From assembly GCF_009914755.1 (NCBI RefSeq), contig NC_060941.1: a stretch of 64,000 nt of DNA; one strand, given 5' to 3'. Made by a program: the position numbers and the translations under genes. This stretch comes from the human T2T-CHM13v2.0 reference genome, Homo sapiens. Under the pieces are notes generated by a model. The model made no database searches. It had not been told where the DNA came from and was given only the letters and a program-made list of their open reading frames with translations. This document shows, piece by piece, positions 28,652 to 42,994 of this stretch (position 1 is the first letter of the stretch; each line of letters opens with the position of its first letter).

Positions 28652-28710
28652 TGTGTGTGTGTGCACGTGTGTGCGTGTGCACGTGTGTGTGCACATACAT
28701 GCATGTATAC
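28652..28710. repeat. 59-bp alternating purine-pyrimidine tract
   Basis: tgtgtgtgtgtgcacgtgtgtgcgtgtgcacgtgtgtgtgcacatacatgcatgtatac. Confidence 0.9.
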
Positions 28711-29206
28711 TACTGCACAAGCCATCATGCTACCACTTGGACAAATCTCAGATATGTGGATACCTCTCGCAGATTTGCATAATGACAAATTTAAAGCAAA
28801 TAATCTTCAATGGCTATAGGTAGATCCAGAAAGGTCATAGCCACAGTCTGGACCCCAGTAGTTTTCCATCTCCCTGATCTATATTCCACCTGCCACCACT
28901 GATGAACGACAACCATGTAGACCCATTCAGGACCTCAGCCGAGAGCCCAAACCCCAGGACGCTCTCCCACCAACACAGAGGATCCAGCTTGACACCCCAG
29001 AAAGGAAGCACAGGTTTATGGAGCACCAGCCAAGTGTCTACAGACAGTCTCCCTTTTCATCCACACAAACGGCCATCAGATGAACGTCATCACCAGTGCC
29101 CCACTGCTGAAGTGTGGCTCTGAATAAGCACAGAGCCCTATCTGCTCTAAGCCCTTGATTTCCAGCACCCCAAAGAGCAAGACGACTCCCTAAACAGGGT
29201 TGATCG

Positions 29207-29304
29207 ATGGCTTGTCTGTAGCCCCCTCCATGCCCATCCATCTGACGGCTTCCCAATGGCCTGTCTGTAGCCCGCTCCACGCCCATCCATCTGACGGCTT
29301 CCCA
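29207..29304. repeat. 49-bp tandem duplication
   Basis: atggc.tgtctgtagccc.ctcca.gcccatccatctgacggcttccca twice. Confidence 0.9.
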
Positions 29305-29384
29305 GCTGCACCAGAAGCAGCACATGGCTTGGTTCCCTCCCATTCCCATCCGCCGGCATTCCCAGCAGTACCTTCCTCATTCTA

Positions 29385-29685
29385 TTTTTTTTTTTTTTTT
29401 TTGAGACACGGTCTCACCCTGTTGCCCAGGCTGGAGTGCAGTGGTGCTATCTCTGCTCACTGCAACCTCCGACTCCCAGGTTGAAGTGATTCTCCTGCCT
29501 TAGCCTCCCGAGTAGCTGGGATTACAGTTATACACCACCACACCCGGCTAATTTTTGTATTTTTAGTAGAGGCGGGGTTTCTCCATGTTGGTCAGGCTGG
29601 TCTCAAGCTCCCAACTTCAGGTGATCCACCCGCCTCAGCCTCCCAAAGTGCTGGGATTACAGGTGTGAGCCAGTGCACCCCAGTC
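29385..29685 (-). mobile_element. AluS with a 13-bp TSD
   Basis: poly(T)+gagacacggtctcaccctgttgccc...; TSD ccttcctcattct at 29371-29383 and 29686-29698. Confidence 0.96.
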
Positions 29686-29908
29686 CCTTCCTCATTCTTT
29701 AGACCCACTACTCAGCAGGGGCTCTGCTCAGGGACGAAAAGGGAAGGTGGGTCTGAGCCTGACCCTTCCATCCAGGGCTGGACAAGGAGCCCTAGGGAGC
29801 CTGGCAGGTGAACAATTACCTTGGGGCACCTGAGTCTGCCCTGGGGTTCAGAGATAAAAGCATCTTTCAAGCCAACTCCCAAGCGTTCACTTTTCTATTA
29901 AAAAATCA

Positions 29909-30279
<371 letters not shown>

Positions 30280-31654
30280 TCAGAACTGGAGCTGAGTCCA
30301 CTCACCCAAACAAACACACACCCCCAGCACACATGAGAATTGTGTGTGCTTCACTTTCGGGGAACATCCACTGGGGAGAAGAGACCACAGCATGTACCAC
30401 ACCCAGTCCAGGGGCTGCCGTCCAGCACCTGCGGAGACCAGTGGAGCAGGCTGGGGGAGGACGCGGGACTTTAGGGGGCAGCAGGCAGGGGCCACACCAC
30501 AGCCCCTCTCCCTGGACAAGGCTTGGGTTGGGTACCTGGGCTGTACTCGCACCCACACCGATTCACAGCCTTAGCCAACATCCCGGCACCCCAGTGAAGG
30601 ACTCGGACCTCCAGCCCTTCAGTGGGCTGAGCAGCCAGTGGGTTCATCTGATGGAGGCCCTGCCGAGGGCTGGCCATCCCCTGACCTCCTGGGAGAGGAC
30701 CAGCTTCCCTCCTCACCCTATCCTGGACTACTCTGAACATTTCTTTTCCTGTCTCCACCCATTTCCTCAAATATTATGGAAAAATCAAGTTCCCAGGCAG
30801 AGTTTCCACTCAGGTCTAGTGTCTTCTACCTGGGAACCTCGCCCAGTGCGGCACGGGCTGTGCCTCCCTTAAAGAAAGGGCGGCAGGTAGGGGCGGGCAC
30901 AGCTCCTGGTGCCCCCAGCTCCTGCTCCGCTCCCGGAGTCCACCCAGGAGGGCCCAGCCTGGCTCACAGCAGAGTTTCAGAGGCCACCAGAGCACTGGGG
31001 TCTCGGGCCTGAGGCTGCCCTCTCTGGACACACCCCCACCTCACCCATGTGCTCCTGGAACAGAAGGGCTGGCTTGCATCTGTGACTCCCGAGGCTCGGA
31101 GGTCCAAGTCAGCGTCCTGCCTGTGGGGAGGACAGCAGCCCCCATCTTCTCCAAAGGGCCTGGCAGCCCCGTGGCACGGCCGCCACCACCCCCAAAGCCT
31201 GTGCACTTTATTTCTGCAGGAAGCGCAGCTGTGCCCAGGATGGTGGTATGAACTAAGAGGCTGTCTCAGGAGGTCCGAGAAGTGCAGCTCTTGAGGCAGC
31301 ATCAGATGCTGGAGAGGGGCCCAGCTCAGGCCTCAGTTTCTCCAGCTGTAAATTAGGGGACATTCCAGCCTGTCCAGGCAACGCAGCCCACTGCCACAAG
31401 ACACTCACTAAGTGGAGAACAGCCTGCTACCATCTCTACAGGGGTGTGCGTGTCCTTGGGCATGCGTTGCATGTACTGCTGTAGCCCCAGTGCCTGCTTC
31501 AGGACCCGGCATACAAGTGCTCGAAAAATACCTGCAGAATGAATATATGACAGCTACCTTGTGGCATTTTATTTTATCCTCATAAAAAGCCTGCAAGCTA
31601 GCAAGTGCCATCACTCCCTCGCTAGATACCATGGTAATTGTTGCAGTAACAAAT

Positions 31655-31850
31655 CCATATTGACTGTAAGGCACTTTGCTGGCATAATCTCATGCCTTCC
31701 TCTTCTCCAGGCTGTGAGGTGGTGGAATTGTGGTCACTATTTTGCAGATGAAGAAACTGAGGCTCGGGATGGGCAGATGCACTGACCAAGGTCCCTTGTC
31801 CCCAGGGCAGAGCAAACACCAGTTATAACCAGGCCAGGCTTTGTCTGCCC
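31655..31850 (-). mobile_element. MIR
   Basis: tattttgcagatgaagaaactgaggctcgggatggg...tgaccaaggtc. Confidence 0.75.
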
Positions 31851-33304
31851 TTCCAGGAAGGCTAGGGAAAGCCTTGCCAGCAAGTGACAGCCACACAGCC
31901 TCAAGATTTTCATGAGTCTCTCTGGGCTCTGCCAGGCACAAGCTGGCCTTACTTTGAAGTCCTAAGGGAGGTTGGCGGGGCTCAGCCTGCAGGTAGGAGC
32001 CTACAGCAGAGAAGCTCCGCCCCCTGGCTGGTCCCAGCCCACTCCTCTGGGGCTCATCCGTCCGGCACAACCCCAGGAATGAGCAGATGGCCTCCCTTTT
32101 TCCACTAGAGACAGGGAGAGGGATGCAGCTCCATAGTAATTAGAGCCAACTGCAGCTTTGAGGCGGCAAAGCTAATGTTTCTGCAGAGACGTGAGAGCAA
32201 GTGAATCTGATACCAGGGTTAGAGAACCAAAAACATCTTTAAGGATCATAACAATGATTTGTGTCTGTGTCAAAGTGGGGTGGTGATTCCAGCCTCCCAC
32301 CCAAAGCGGGGCTCTGGGGACACCCAGGATGATGGGGGCCCTCAGTGGGGCAGGCCTGAGGCCTTCCTGTGGGCACTGGGGAAGGAGACAAAGGAAGGCA
32401 CAGCAGGTGCTGCTCCCCAGTGTGAGCCTCATGCCCTGTCCCTCTGGGAAAGGAATCTGACTGTCACCATGGGGCCAAATATCACAATGGAGAGGGCTCA
32501 GCAGCTGTGGTCACAGGCCTCAGCCTGGTCCGAGCTAACGTTCAATCAAGAATGTCGAATCGTCATAAAAAGTGAGAAAACTCCAGGCTTTAGTGATATG
32601 ATGGATGAAGCAGTTTACCTAAAAAACCTTCATGTTCTGGGAAGACCACACACACCAAAAAAAAACGTGGACAGCTAACTTGTAGGGCAGGACGTGGGCA
32701 TGCTGACCAGCCGTGCCGGGCACCATCCAGAGCTCTCACGCATCCCTGAGTCAATTGCTCCCTGTTGGGACCATCTTCCTCCATTTTCTGAGGTCTACAC
32801 CGGGACAACTTCCCCAGCCAGGGCCCTGTCAGGCCTGTGAACCTGAACACAAATAGGAGAGGTCAGGCAGGAACACAGGGACTTGGGGAAAAAGAGCACT
32901 GAGCCCAGGGAAACAAGAGGGCCCGAGGGCATCCCAGCTCCCAGGGGCATCACCCTCAAAGCTTATGTAGCTTTGATGTAAAAGGGGCAGCTCCATGAAG
33001 CCAGACCTGTTCCATGGGAGCCAGTGTATTAACCAGCTCAGGCAGGAGAAATCATGGAATTGAGAGATTACGGTGCAAGGAAGGCTAAACTGGTACAGTA
33101 AAAGGGGGCCCAGACATCAGGGAGAAAGTCCAGATGCAGGTCCACAAGCTCATGGTAAGGAAGTACATCACACACACACACGTCTAGTACCCAAGCGTGG
33201 GATGGAGGACACATAGACCATTCTATAGTTTATTTAATAAGTATTTTTCAAAGTACCACTACATGCTATAATCATTTACGGAATGACGGAATGACAAAAG
33301 GACT

Positions 33305-33555
33305 AAGTGGATGAATAGATGGATGAGTGGACAGATGATGGGTGGATAGATGGGTGGGCAGATGGAAGAATAGATGGATTAAAAGACGGATGGATAGGTA
33401 GGTGGATGGGTAGATGGATGAGTGGATGGAAGGATGGATGAGTGGATGGAAGAATGGATAAGCGGATAGGTGGCTGTGTGGATGAATGCGTGGGTGGGTG
33501 GATGGATGGATGGTCAGTGAGTGGGTTGATTTATGGACAGACAGCTGGATGATAC
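33305..33555. repeat. (TGGA)n simple repeat
   Basis: Degenerate ggatggat runs. Confidence 0.92.
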
Positions 33556-33644
33556 TCTGTTGAAATAAATGGAAGCAAATGGACAGAAATAATTTGACTT
33601 TGCAATTCAAAAATTCTCAAAATCTAGGACTTGGTATATTCTAC

Positions 33645-33830
33645 ATCAGTGCCATCCAATAGAACTTTCTGTGAGGACAAGAATGCTTTATACCTGCACT
33701 GTCCAGTGTGGTAGCCGCTAGCCCCATGTGGCTACTGAACACTTGAAATGTGACTAGTATATCTGAACAAAAGAAATTTTATTTAAATAGTCGCATGCAA
33801 CTAGTAGTTGCTGCATTGAACAGAACAGTT
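33645..33830. mobile_element. MER3 (hAT-Charlie)
   Basis: cagtgccatccaatagaactttctgtg...ggtagccgctagccccatgtggctactgaacacttgaaatgtg. Confidence 0.85.
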
Positions 33831-34042
33831 CTAGAGTTTTTCAACACACCTTGCTGGTACTTCCTGGGAGGCCCTTGGGAATCCAGGCTATGCAAGGCCA
33901 GTTAGAAGAGATGACTCTGTGAGAAGCTGACGCCAACATGAGCAGGGCGATTCCCCTCTCCCCCAGGCCCTGGTTTCTGCTGAACAAGAAGGGAACTTGC
34001 AAAGCCAGGGGCTAGGAAAATGCTTTTCAACTTTAACATGTA

Positions 34043-34671
34043 GTATAATTTGGATATTTGTCCCCTCCAAATCTCATGTTGAAATGCAATCCCCAATGTT
34101 GGAGGTGGGGCCTGGTGGAATAAGTGGATGGATGGGTGGATAGATGGGTCGGTGGATGGATGCCTGGTTGAATAGGTAGATGGATGAAAAGATGGGTGGA
34201 TGGACGGGTGGGTGGATGGACGGGTAGGTGGATGGGTGGATGGATGGACGGGTGGGTGGGTGGGTGGGTGGATGGATGGGCAGATGGAAGGTGGATAGAT
34301 AGGTAGGTGGATCCCTCATGAACGTCTTGGTGCCATCCTCCATTTGGGTCATGGGGGCGGATCCCTCATGAATGGCTTGGTGCCAACCTCCTGGTAACAA
34401 GTGAGTTCTTGCTCTGTGAGTTCACATGAGATGTGGCTGTTTAAAAGAGCCTGGAACTTTCTCCTCATGGTCTTGCTTCCTCTCTCACCATGTGACACTC
34501 TGGCTCCCCTTCACCTTCCGCTGTGATTGTAAGCTTCTTGCAGCCCTCACTAGAAACAGATGCCAACACTACGCTTCATGTACAGCCTGCTCATGGCCAA
34601 ATAAACCTCTGTTCTTTATAAATTACTCAGCCTCGAGTATTCCTTTAGAGCAATGCAAATGGACTAATATA
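34043..34671 (+). mobile_element. MSTB-like MaLR LTR with an internal (TGGA)n block
   Basis: tttggatatttgtcccctccaaatctcatgttgaaat...ggatccctcatgaatggcttggtgcc...ccaaataaacctctgttctttataaattactcag...gcaaatggactaatata. Confidence 0.92.
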
Positions 34672-34689
34672 ATATGCATACAAAGCACC

Positions 34690-34815
34690 CAAAAATTTTG
34701 TTTAAAATGCAGATCCTAAAATTCAGTAGGCATAGGGGAGGACTCAAACATTTGTATTTCTAATAAGCCCTTACATGATGCTGACGTTGGTCCAAGGACA
34801 ATATTTTGAACAATA
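34690..34815. mobile_element. MER5 fragment
   Basis: aaaatgcagat...attcagtagg...atttgtatttctaataagc...tgatgctgacgttggtcc. Confidence 0.65.
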
Positions 34816-35099
34816 AGAGTTTTGGAGGCTTTCCATTCCAGAAAAACAAGGTTTTGTGGGTAGCAGAATGGAAAGACCCTAGAAGACCAAGATTAAATAC
34901 AGAGAATATGGCATAGTAAAAGAAAAATTCAAATCTTCAAAATTTGATAATTTAAACAAATTAATGTATTGAAACCTTACTATAGGCCTGTATGCTATGG
35001 AAAATGCAGGGAGCTTCTGAGCTAGTTTAGGTTGCAAAATAAACACATGAAAAGTTAAACAATAAATGACTTAAAATAATGGCTTAAACATCACACATC

Positions 35100-35345
35100 A
35101 GCAAAGCCTTTCATGGCCCCCACTCTTCACACTGCAACCTCACCCTGACTCCTCTCCCAGCAGCATAATTTGCCATAAGAATATCATTATCTAAGTTACA
35201 ACACAATTTTCTTATTCGTTTCCCACCTAGAATGCAAGCTCCAGTGGGGAAGGAATTTCTATCTGTTTTGTTCACTGTTGTATCACCAGGGCCTGAACAG
35301 GGCCTGGTGTATGGAAAGCGCTCAAGTCAGCAAATATTTCTTCAA
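35100..35345 (+). mobile_element. L2 3' end
   Basis: ctagaatgcaagctcc...tctgttttgttcactgttgtatcaccagggcctgaacagggcctgg. Confidence 0.8.
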
Positions 35346-35419
35346 TTATAATGATTCCATTGTAATTCAAGAAATATTTGCTGACTTTAAGGCTTGGCTC
35401 CATTTGGAGTTTATCGAGG

Positions 35420-36990
<1,571 letters not shown>

Positions 36991-37011
36991 TGTGAATTTA
37001 AGGCTGTGCAT

Positions 37012-37640
37012 CCTCTCCATCCTCACTCACAGTCACCCCTCACCTGGCCCTCTCCATCCTCACTCACAGTCACCCCTCACCTGGCCCTCTCCATCCTCAC
37101 TCACAGTCACCCCTCACCTGGCCCTCTCCATCCTCACTCACAGTCACCCCTCACCTGGCCCTCTCCATCCTCACTCACAGTCACCCCTCACCTGGCCCTC
37201 TCCATCCTCACTCACAGTCACCCCTCACCTGGCCCTCTCCATCCTCACTCACAGTCACCCCTCACCTGGCCCTCTCCATCCTCACTCACAGTCACCCCTC
37301 ACCTGGCCCTCTCCATCCTCACTCACAGTCACCCCTCACCTGGCCCTCTCCATCCTCACTCACAGTCACCCCTCACCTGGCCCTCTCCATCCTCACTCAC
37401 AGTCACCCCTCACCTGGCCCTCTCCATCCTCACTCACAGTCACCCCTCACCTGGCCCTCTCCATCCTCACTCACAGTCACCCCTCACCTGGCCCTCTCCA
37501 TCCTCACTCACAGTCACCCCCGACCTGGCCCTCTCCATCCTCACTCACAGTCACCCCTCACCTGGCCCTCTCCATCTTCACTCACAGTCACCCCCGACCT
37601 GGCCCTCTCCATCTTCACTCACAGTCACCCCCGACCTGGC
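37012..37640. repeat. 37-bp VNTR, 17 copies
   Basis: Unit cctctccatcctcactcacagtcacccctcacctggc. Confidence 0.98.
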
Positions 37641-37729
37641 CCTGCTGGCCCTTTCTTCGTGGGTGCTTCGCACCCCGCTGTGAGCCTGACTTCATTGTGC
37701 TGTGCTGTTTCCACTTTGCCTTCCCCAGC

Positions 37730-38380
37730 AGGCTGGGCTCCTAGGAGGTGGGGACCACGTCCTGCTCAGTTCTGGATGTCTAGCACCTAACACAGGGTCT
37801 CACACATGGAAGGTTTTCAATATACATTTGTGGGAAAAATTACAGGGTGGATAGTAATTTTGATGTAATATACAATCATTATAACTCTAAAACCAATATT
37901 TGAATATTAATTCTATTCCAGGCTCTGTGTTAGGTTCTGATGAGCATAACTTTTTTAATCCTCAGACACCACCATGAGGTGGGGTTTCCTCTCCCTCTTT
38001 TATGGAATAGAAGACCCGGGCTTAGAGAAGCTAAAGACTTCTCCAAACCATAGAACATCAACGGACAGAACTCAGCCTCATGAACAGCTAAAATGTACAG
38101 TCACAAAAAGCAAAGGAAACCAGCCTTAGGGGAACAAAGAGGGTCCACAGGGCAGGGCAGCCAGAACACAGGCTTGAATGTCAGGCAGACTTGAGTTGGA
38201 ATCAGATCTGCCACCACTAGCTGTGGGACCCAAGGCAAATAGTTTCTCTGTGCCTCAGATGTTTCACCTGTGAAATAGGGAGAAGAGTATCCATATCCCC
38301 AATGGATGACTGTAAAAATCACATGGGTGATAGCTATCACATACCCAGCACAATGCCTGGCCCATGGTAAGCACTCGGGA
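37730..38380. mobile_element. L2 3' end followed by two oppositely oriented MIRs
   Basis: tctagcacctaacacaggg (L2); ttaatcctcag...gaggtgg...gcttagagaagctaa (MIR, minus); ctgccaccactagctgtgggacc...tctctgtgcctcag...cacaatgcctggcccatggtaagcactc (MIR, plus). Confidence 0.75.
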
Positions 38381-38381
38381 A

Positions 38382-39630
38382 GTGGTGATAGTGATGGCCA
38401 TGGTGGTGGTGGTAGTGGTGGTGATGGTGGTGATGATGGTGGTGGTATTGATGGAGATGATGATGACAGTGATAATGGTGGTGGTGGTAATGGTGATTAT
38501 ATGTCAGTGATGGTGGTGGTGGTGGTGATGGTGATGATAGTCATGATGGTGGTGATAGTGATGGCAATGGTGATGATGGCAGTGATGGTGATTATGAGAG
38601 TAGTGATGGTGGTGATGGCGATGGTAATGGTGATAATGGCGATGATGGTGGTGATGGTGATGATGATAGTAATGATGGTGGTGATGGCAGTGGTGGTGGT
38701 AACGGTGGTGATAATAGTGATAATGGTGGTGACGGCAGTGGTGGTGGTGGTAATGGTGATCATGTCAGTGATGGTGGTGGTGGTGATGATAGTAATGATG
38801 GTGGTGATGGTGGTGGCAATGGTGATGATGGCAGTGATGGCGGTGAGGGTGATTATGATAGTAGTGATGGTGATGGCAATGGTAATGGTGATAATGGCGA
38901 TGATGGTGGTGATGGCAGTGGTGGTGGTAACGGTGGTGATAATAGTGATAATGGTGGTGATGATGGTAGTTGTGGTGGTGGTGATGGTGGTGATGATGGT
39001 AGTTGTGGTGGTGGTGATGGTGGTGATGATGGTAGTTGTGGTGGTAGTGATGATGATGATGACAATGATAATGGTGGTGATGACAGTGGTGGTGGTGGTG
39101 GTGATGGTGGTGATGATGGTAGTTGTGGTGGTGGTGATGGTGGTGATGATGGTAGTTGTGGTGGTGGTGATGGTGGTGATGATGGTAGTTGTGGTGGTAG
39201 TGATGATGATGATGACAATGATAATGGTGGTGATGACAGTGGTGGTGGTGGTGGTGATGGTGGTGGTGATGGTAGTTGTGGTGGTGGTGATGGTGGTGAT
39301 GATGGTAGTTGTGGTGGTAGTGATGATGATGATGACAATGATAATGGTGGTGATGGCGGTGGTGGTGGTAATGGTGATTATGTCAGTGATGGTGGTGGTG
39401 GTGGTGGTGATGGTGATGATAGTCATGATGGTGGTGATGGTGGTGATAGTGGTGGCAATGGTGATGATGGCAGTGATGGTGATTATGATAGTAGTGGTGG
39501 TGGTGATGGCGATGGTAATGGTGATAATGGCAGTGATGGTGATGACGGTGGTGATGGTGACGATGATGATAGTAATGATGGTGGTGATGGTAACGGTGGT
39601 GATGATGATGATAGTGGTGATGGTGGTGGT
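38382..39630. repeat. About 1.25-kb (TGG/TGA)n trinucleotide-type repeat
   Basis: Continuous ggt/gat/gtg triplets with duplicated internal blocks. Confidence 0.97.
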
Positions 39631-39789
39631 AGAAGGCAGTGGCAGCAGCAATGGTGTTGGCAACAATGACAACAATTACATTATCCCAGAACTCCAACTA
39701 CAACAATGTCACCAAAACCCAATACCATACAGTGAAGACAGGCCCCATTGGAAAGATGAATCAATGCCCACAGAGCAAAAGAAATGGAA

Positions 39790-39960
39790 GATTCTAGAAT
39801 GTCAGAGCGGGAAAGCATACTTGCAATCATCCAGACGCAATTCCTCCACTTTACAGACGGGGAAGCAAAGACCAGGATCAGGAGAGCAGTTTACCCAAGG
39901 TCTCACACCTGCTACCAGCCAGGCCTAGAGAAGACCAAGTTTTCCAAACCAAGCTGGTCT
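39790..39960 (-). mobile_element. MIR
   Basis: ccactttacagacggggaagc...tttacccaaggtctcacac. Confidence 0.7.
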
Positions 39961-40706
39961 CCACTCCTCCCTCCCTGCTGACCCCTCAAACACCAGTGAG
40001 CACTTACTCTGGGCAGGGCACTGGCTTAGGTCCTGGGAACCCAAAGAAATGAATACAGGAAGGGGACGTCAGGACATAAGGCAAAATAGACAGCAGTTCC
40101 ATTCGGTGGCAGGAGGAGGAGTGCCCGTGTGGCTCCGTAAAGCATTTGAAGGGCCGAGGAGGGGACAGACCATGCTGGAAACAGGGTTGATGGAGGTAGC
40201 TCTGCCCAGGCCGCCCACAGGAAGGCTTACAGGGAGCTGTTGGGGAGGAAGTGTTGATTTTAACACAAATGAGCGACAGGAGGAGGAGCTGTAACCACAT
40301 CCAGAGTGGGTGGGGAGAGGAAATCAAGTACACAAATTAGGGCTGATGTGAAATTAACGGCTACTTAAAAGACTCGAACTAATTTAATAACTTTGTCAGT
40401 AATGAAAATATATGAACTAGGAAGAAAAGACGGGCAAAATATTTACTGGCAAAAGGCAAAATAAGCAAATATCTGAGAAGGCAGCACATCTATCAACGTC
40501 TTGAGATGGCAAAATTCCTAGGAAGGGAGGGACTTTCTGGAGGCACAGAGTCCACCGAAGGGGAGCGTGGGGAAGGGGACAGAATCAAGGACTCCTCACT
40601 AGCAGGGGTTGCTGCTGCCCAGGGGTTCACCCTGTGTCCAGCTGGTGCTCAGGGCTTTCCACGTCTGTCTCCATGGTCCCCAAAGAACTCTACTGAGAAA
40701 CTGACA

Positions 40707-41012
<306 letters not shown>

Positions 41013-42994
41013 AATTGCCCAGAGAATGAGCAGGTAGCCTGGAATTCCAATCCAGGCAGTGTGGCCCCAGGCCCTGGACTGTTAGTCTCTATCTGGTCTG
41101 TTACCCCTGCCCACCCACCCAGCCATGGAGAAGCCAACAAGGGCCACCCTCCAAACCCCGAGAAAACCCAAGTCCAGTCTACTCACAGCCAAGCCCCCAT
41201 CCCACAGCTGCAGTCTCTGAGATGATGGAACATTTCCAAAGAGACCACGTCTGGGGCCGTGGGAGCCCGGCGGTGGTGGGGGGAAAGGGGGGAAGAGTGG
41301 CAAGGACCAAGTGACAGCTGCGGATCCCCAGCCCATTTTCATAGGTGCCACCAAATTAGCGGCTGTTGGTGAGGCCGAAGAAACGAGTCTGAAGAAATGT
41401 TCTGTGTGAAATTGGACTAGATTGGCTCTGGTATCAACACAGGCACAGGCTGAGGGAGGCTGGACAGCCATAAACAAAGGCTAACGGCAGATGTCAGCGT
41501 ATCGGGCAGGCGGGGGCATCTCGTGGGAGGCCTCCTGGGCCACTGCAAGGCCCCAGTTTTGTTTAATATCCAAGCTAATGATCTGGAAGACAACAGACAG
41601 GTCACGAGCAAAACCTGCCGAGGACGCAGGGGGTGGCGCTGCGGTTGTTTGCTGGGGCAAGGGGACGGCCGGGAGACAGAGGAGACCTGGAGGGAAGATA
41701 AGTAGCTCCCAAGTAAATTGAGATTCAGCTTGAAGAAAAATTACAAACACTCAAATCTAAGAGGAGAAAAAAGCAGCCTGAAACTGCTATTTTCTGAGCC
41801 GAGGAAACCCAGGAAGCAGGGAGAGGGGACAGACTCAGATCATCACGAGGTCCATCGCAGACCAGCTTGTGATGTCACACGGGGAGGGTGATTTGTGTTT
41901 TGTTCACTGTTTGGGGGCAGGAAAGACATACCCTCAGAGGAGCTGAGAGGGCCACGTGGCCCAGGCCCAGGGATCTACCTGGGTGGCCGCCTTTGCTCTG
42001 AGGGGCCTGGCGCAGGAGCAGGAAGGAAAATTGGAGTTCAGAAAAATATTTGCTAACACAGAGAGAGTGAGAGCCAGGATCTCCCGCCCTGTGTGCATGA
42101 GAGCCAACCCAGTGTCTGGTGACTGGCAGACAGCAGGGAACCGTCCGGAGGGTCCAGGCGCAGAGACCGGCTGGGGGCAGCTGAGGGGCGGGGCTGAGGG
42201 CCCCAGGGTGCTGGCGGATGGGGAGGATCTTCCAAAGCAGAAACACCAGGGCCCACACTTCCCGGCTGCCCAGGAGGGAGGCAAGACCACAGTCAGGACC
42301 AGCCCTCCAAGGTGGCTTCGGGCCCCTGAACACTTCCCTCCCGGCCGGGCTCCATGCACTCACTGCTTGAGAGGAAACCAAAATTGTCAGCCCGGACACA
42401 TTTGGAAATTTACTGGAGCAGCCTTCCCCTGCCTTGCGGGGATTGGGTTAGTCAACCTGTTAACCACATATTCTCACCACCCACAGTGCGCGGAGGCTGC
42501 GTGGGCCTGCGGGGAGCAGGAGGGAGAGAGGAGGGACCGAGGCCAGCTGCACAAGAAGGACATTGACAATGGTGGGGGGTGTGCCAGGGGATGCAGGGCC
42601 AGCATGGAGGGCACAGAGAGGCTTGCTAAGGAGCAGGACCCCTGTGGCCCAGAGGCTGTGTGGATTCAACGTGGGCAGGTGCCCTCACATAGCAAGCATT
42701 TACCAGGCATTGTCCATGCCAGGTGCTCAGCTGAGGGGCAGCAGCTGGACTCCTGAGAGTCCCCACCAGGAGACCCTGGGAGCCCTGGCCAGGCTGGTCT
42801 CGGGCCTGGGAACCTCAGTCTTACACGGGCAGCAGCACTGATGACCTCACAATCTAGCACATTAATTGTTCTCACTGGAATAGAGCTCCCTGAGGATGGG
42901 AGGGGCGGGGGTTGTCTGTCTTTTTTTCCCATGATTGTCTTACTGGTGCCTAAAATAATACCTAGCATGCATTAAGTGCTTACTAATTATTTAT

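Noticed and set aside
38306-39928. 540-aa plus ORF and 392-aa minus ORF
   Set aside because: Translations of a triplet simple repeat, with no domain content and a start inside a MIR.
41956-42756. 266-aa ORF
   Set aside because: No recognisable homology, non-ATG start, and expected by chance at this GC content.
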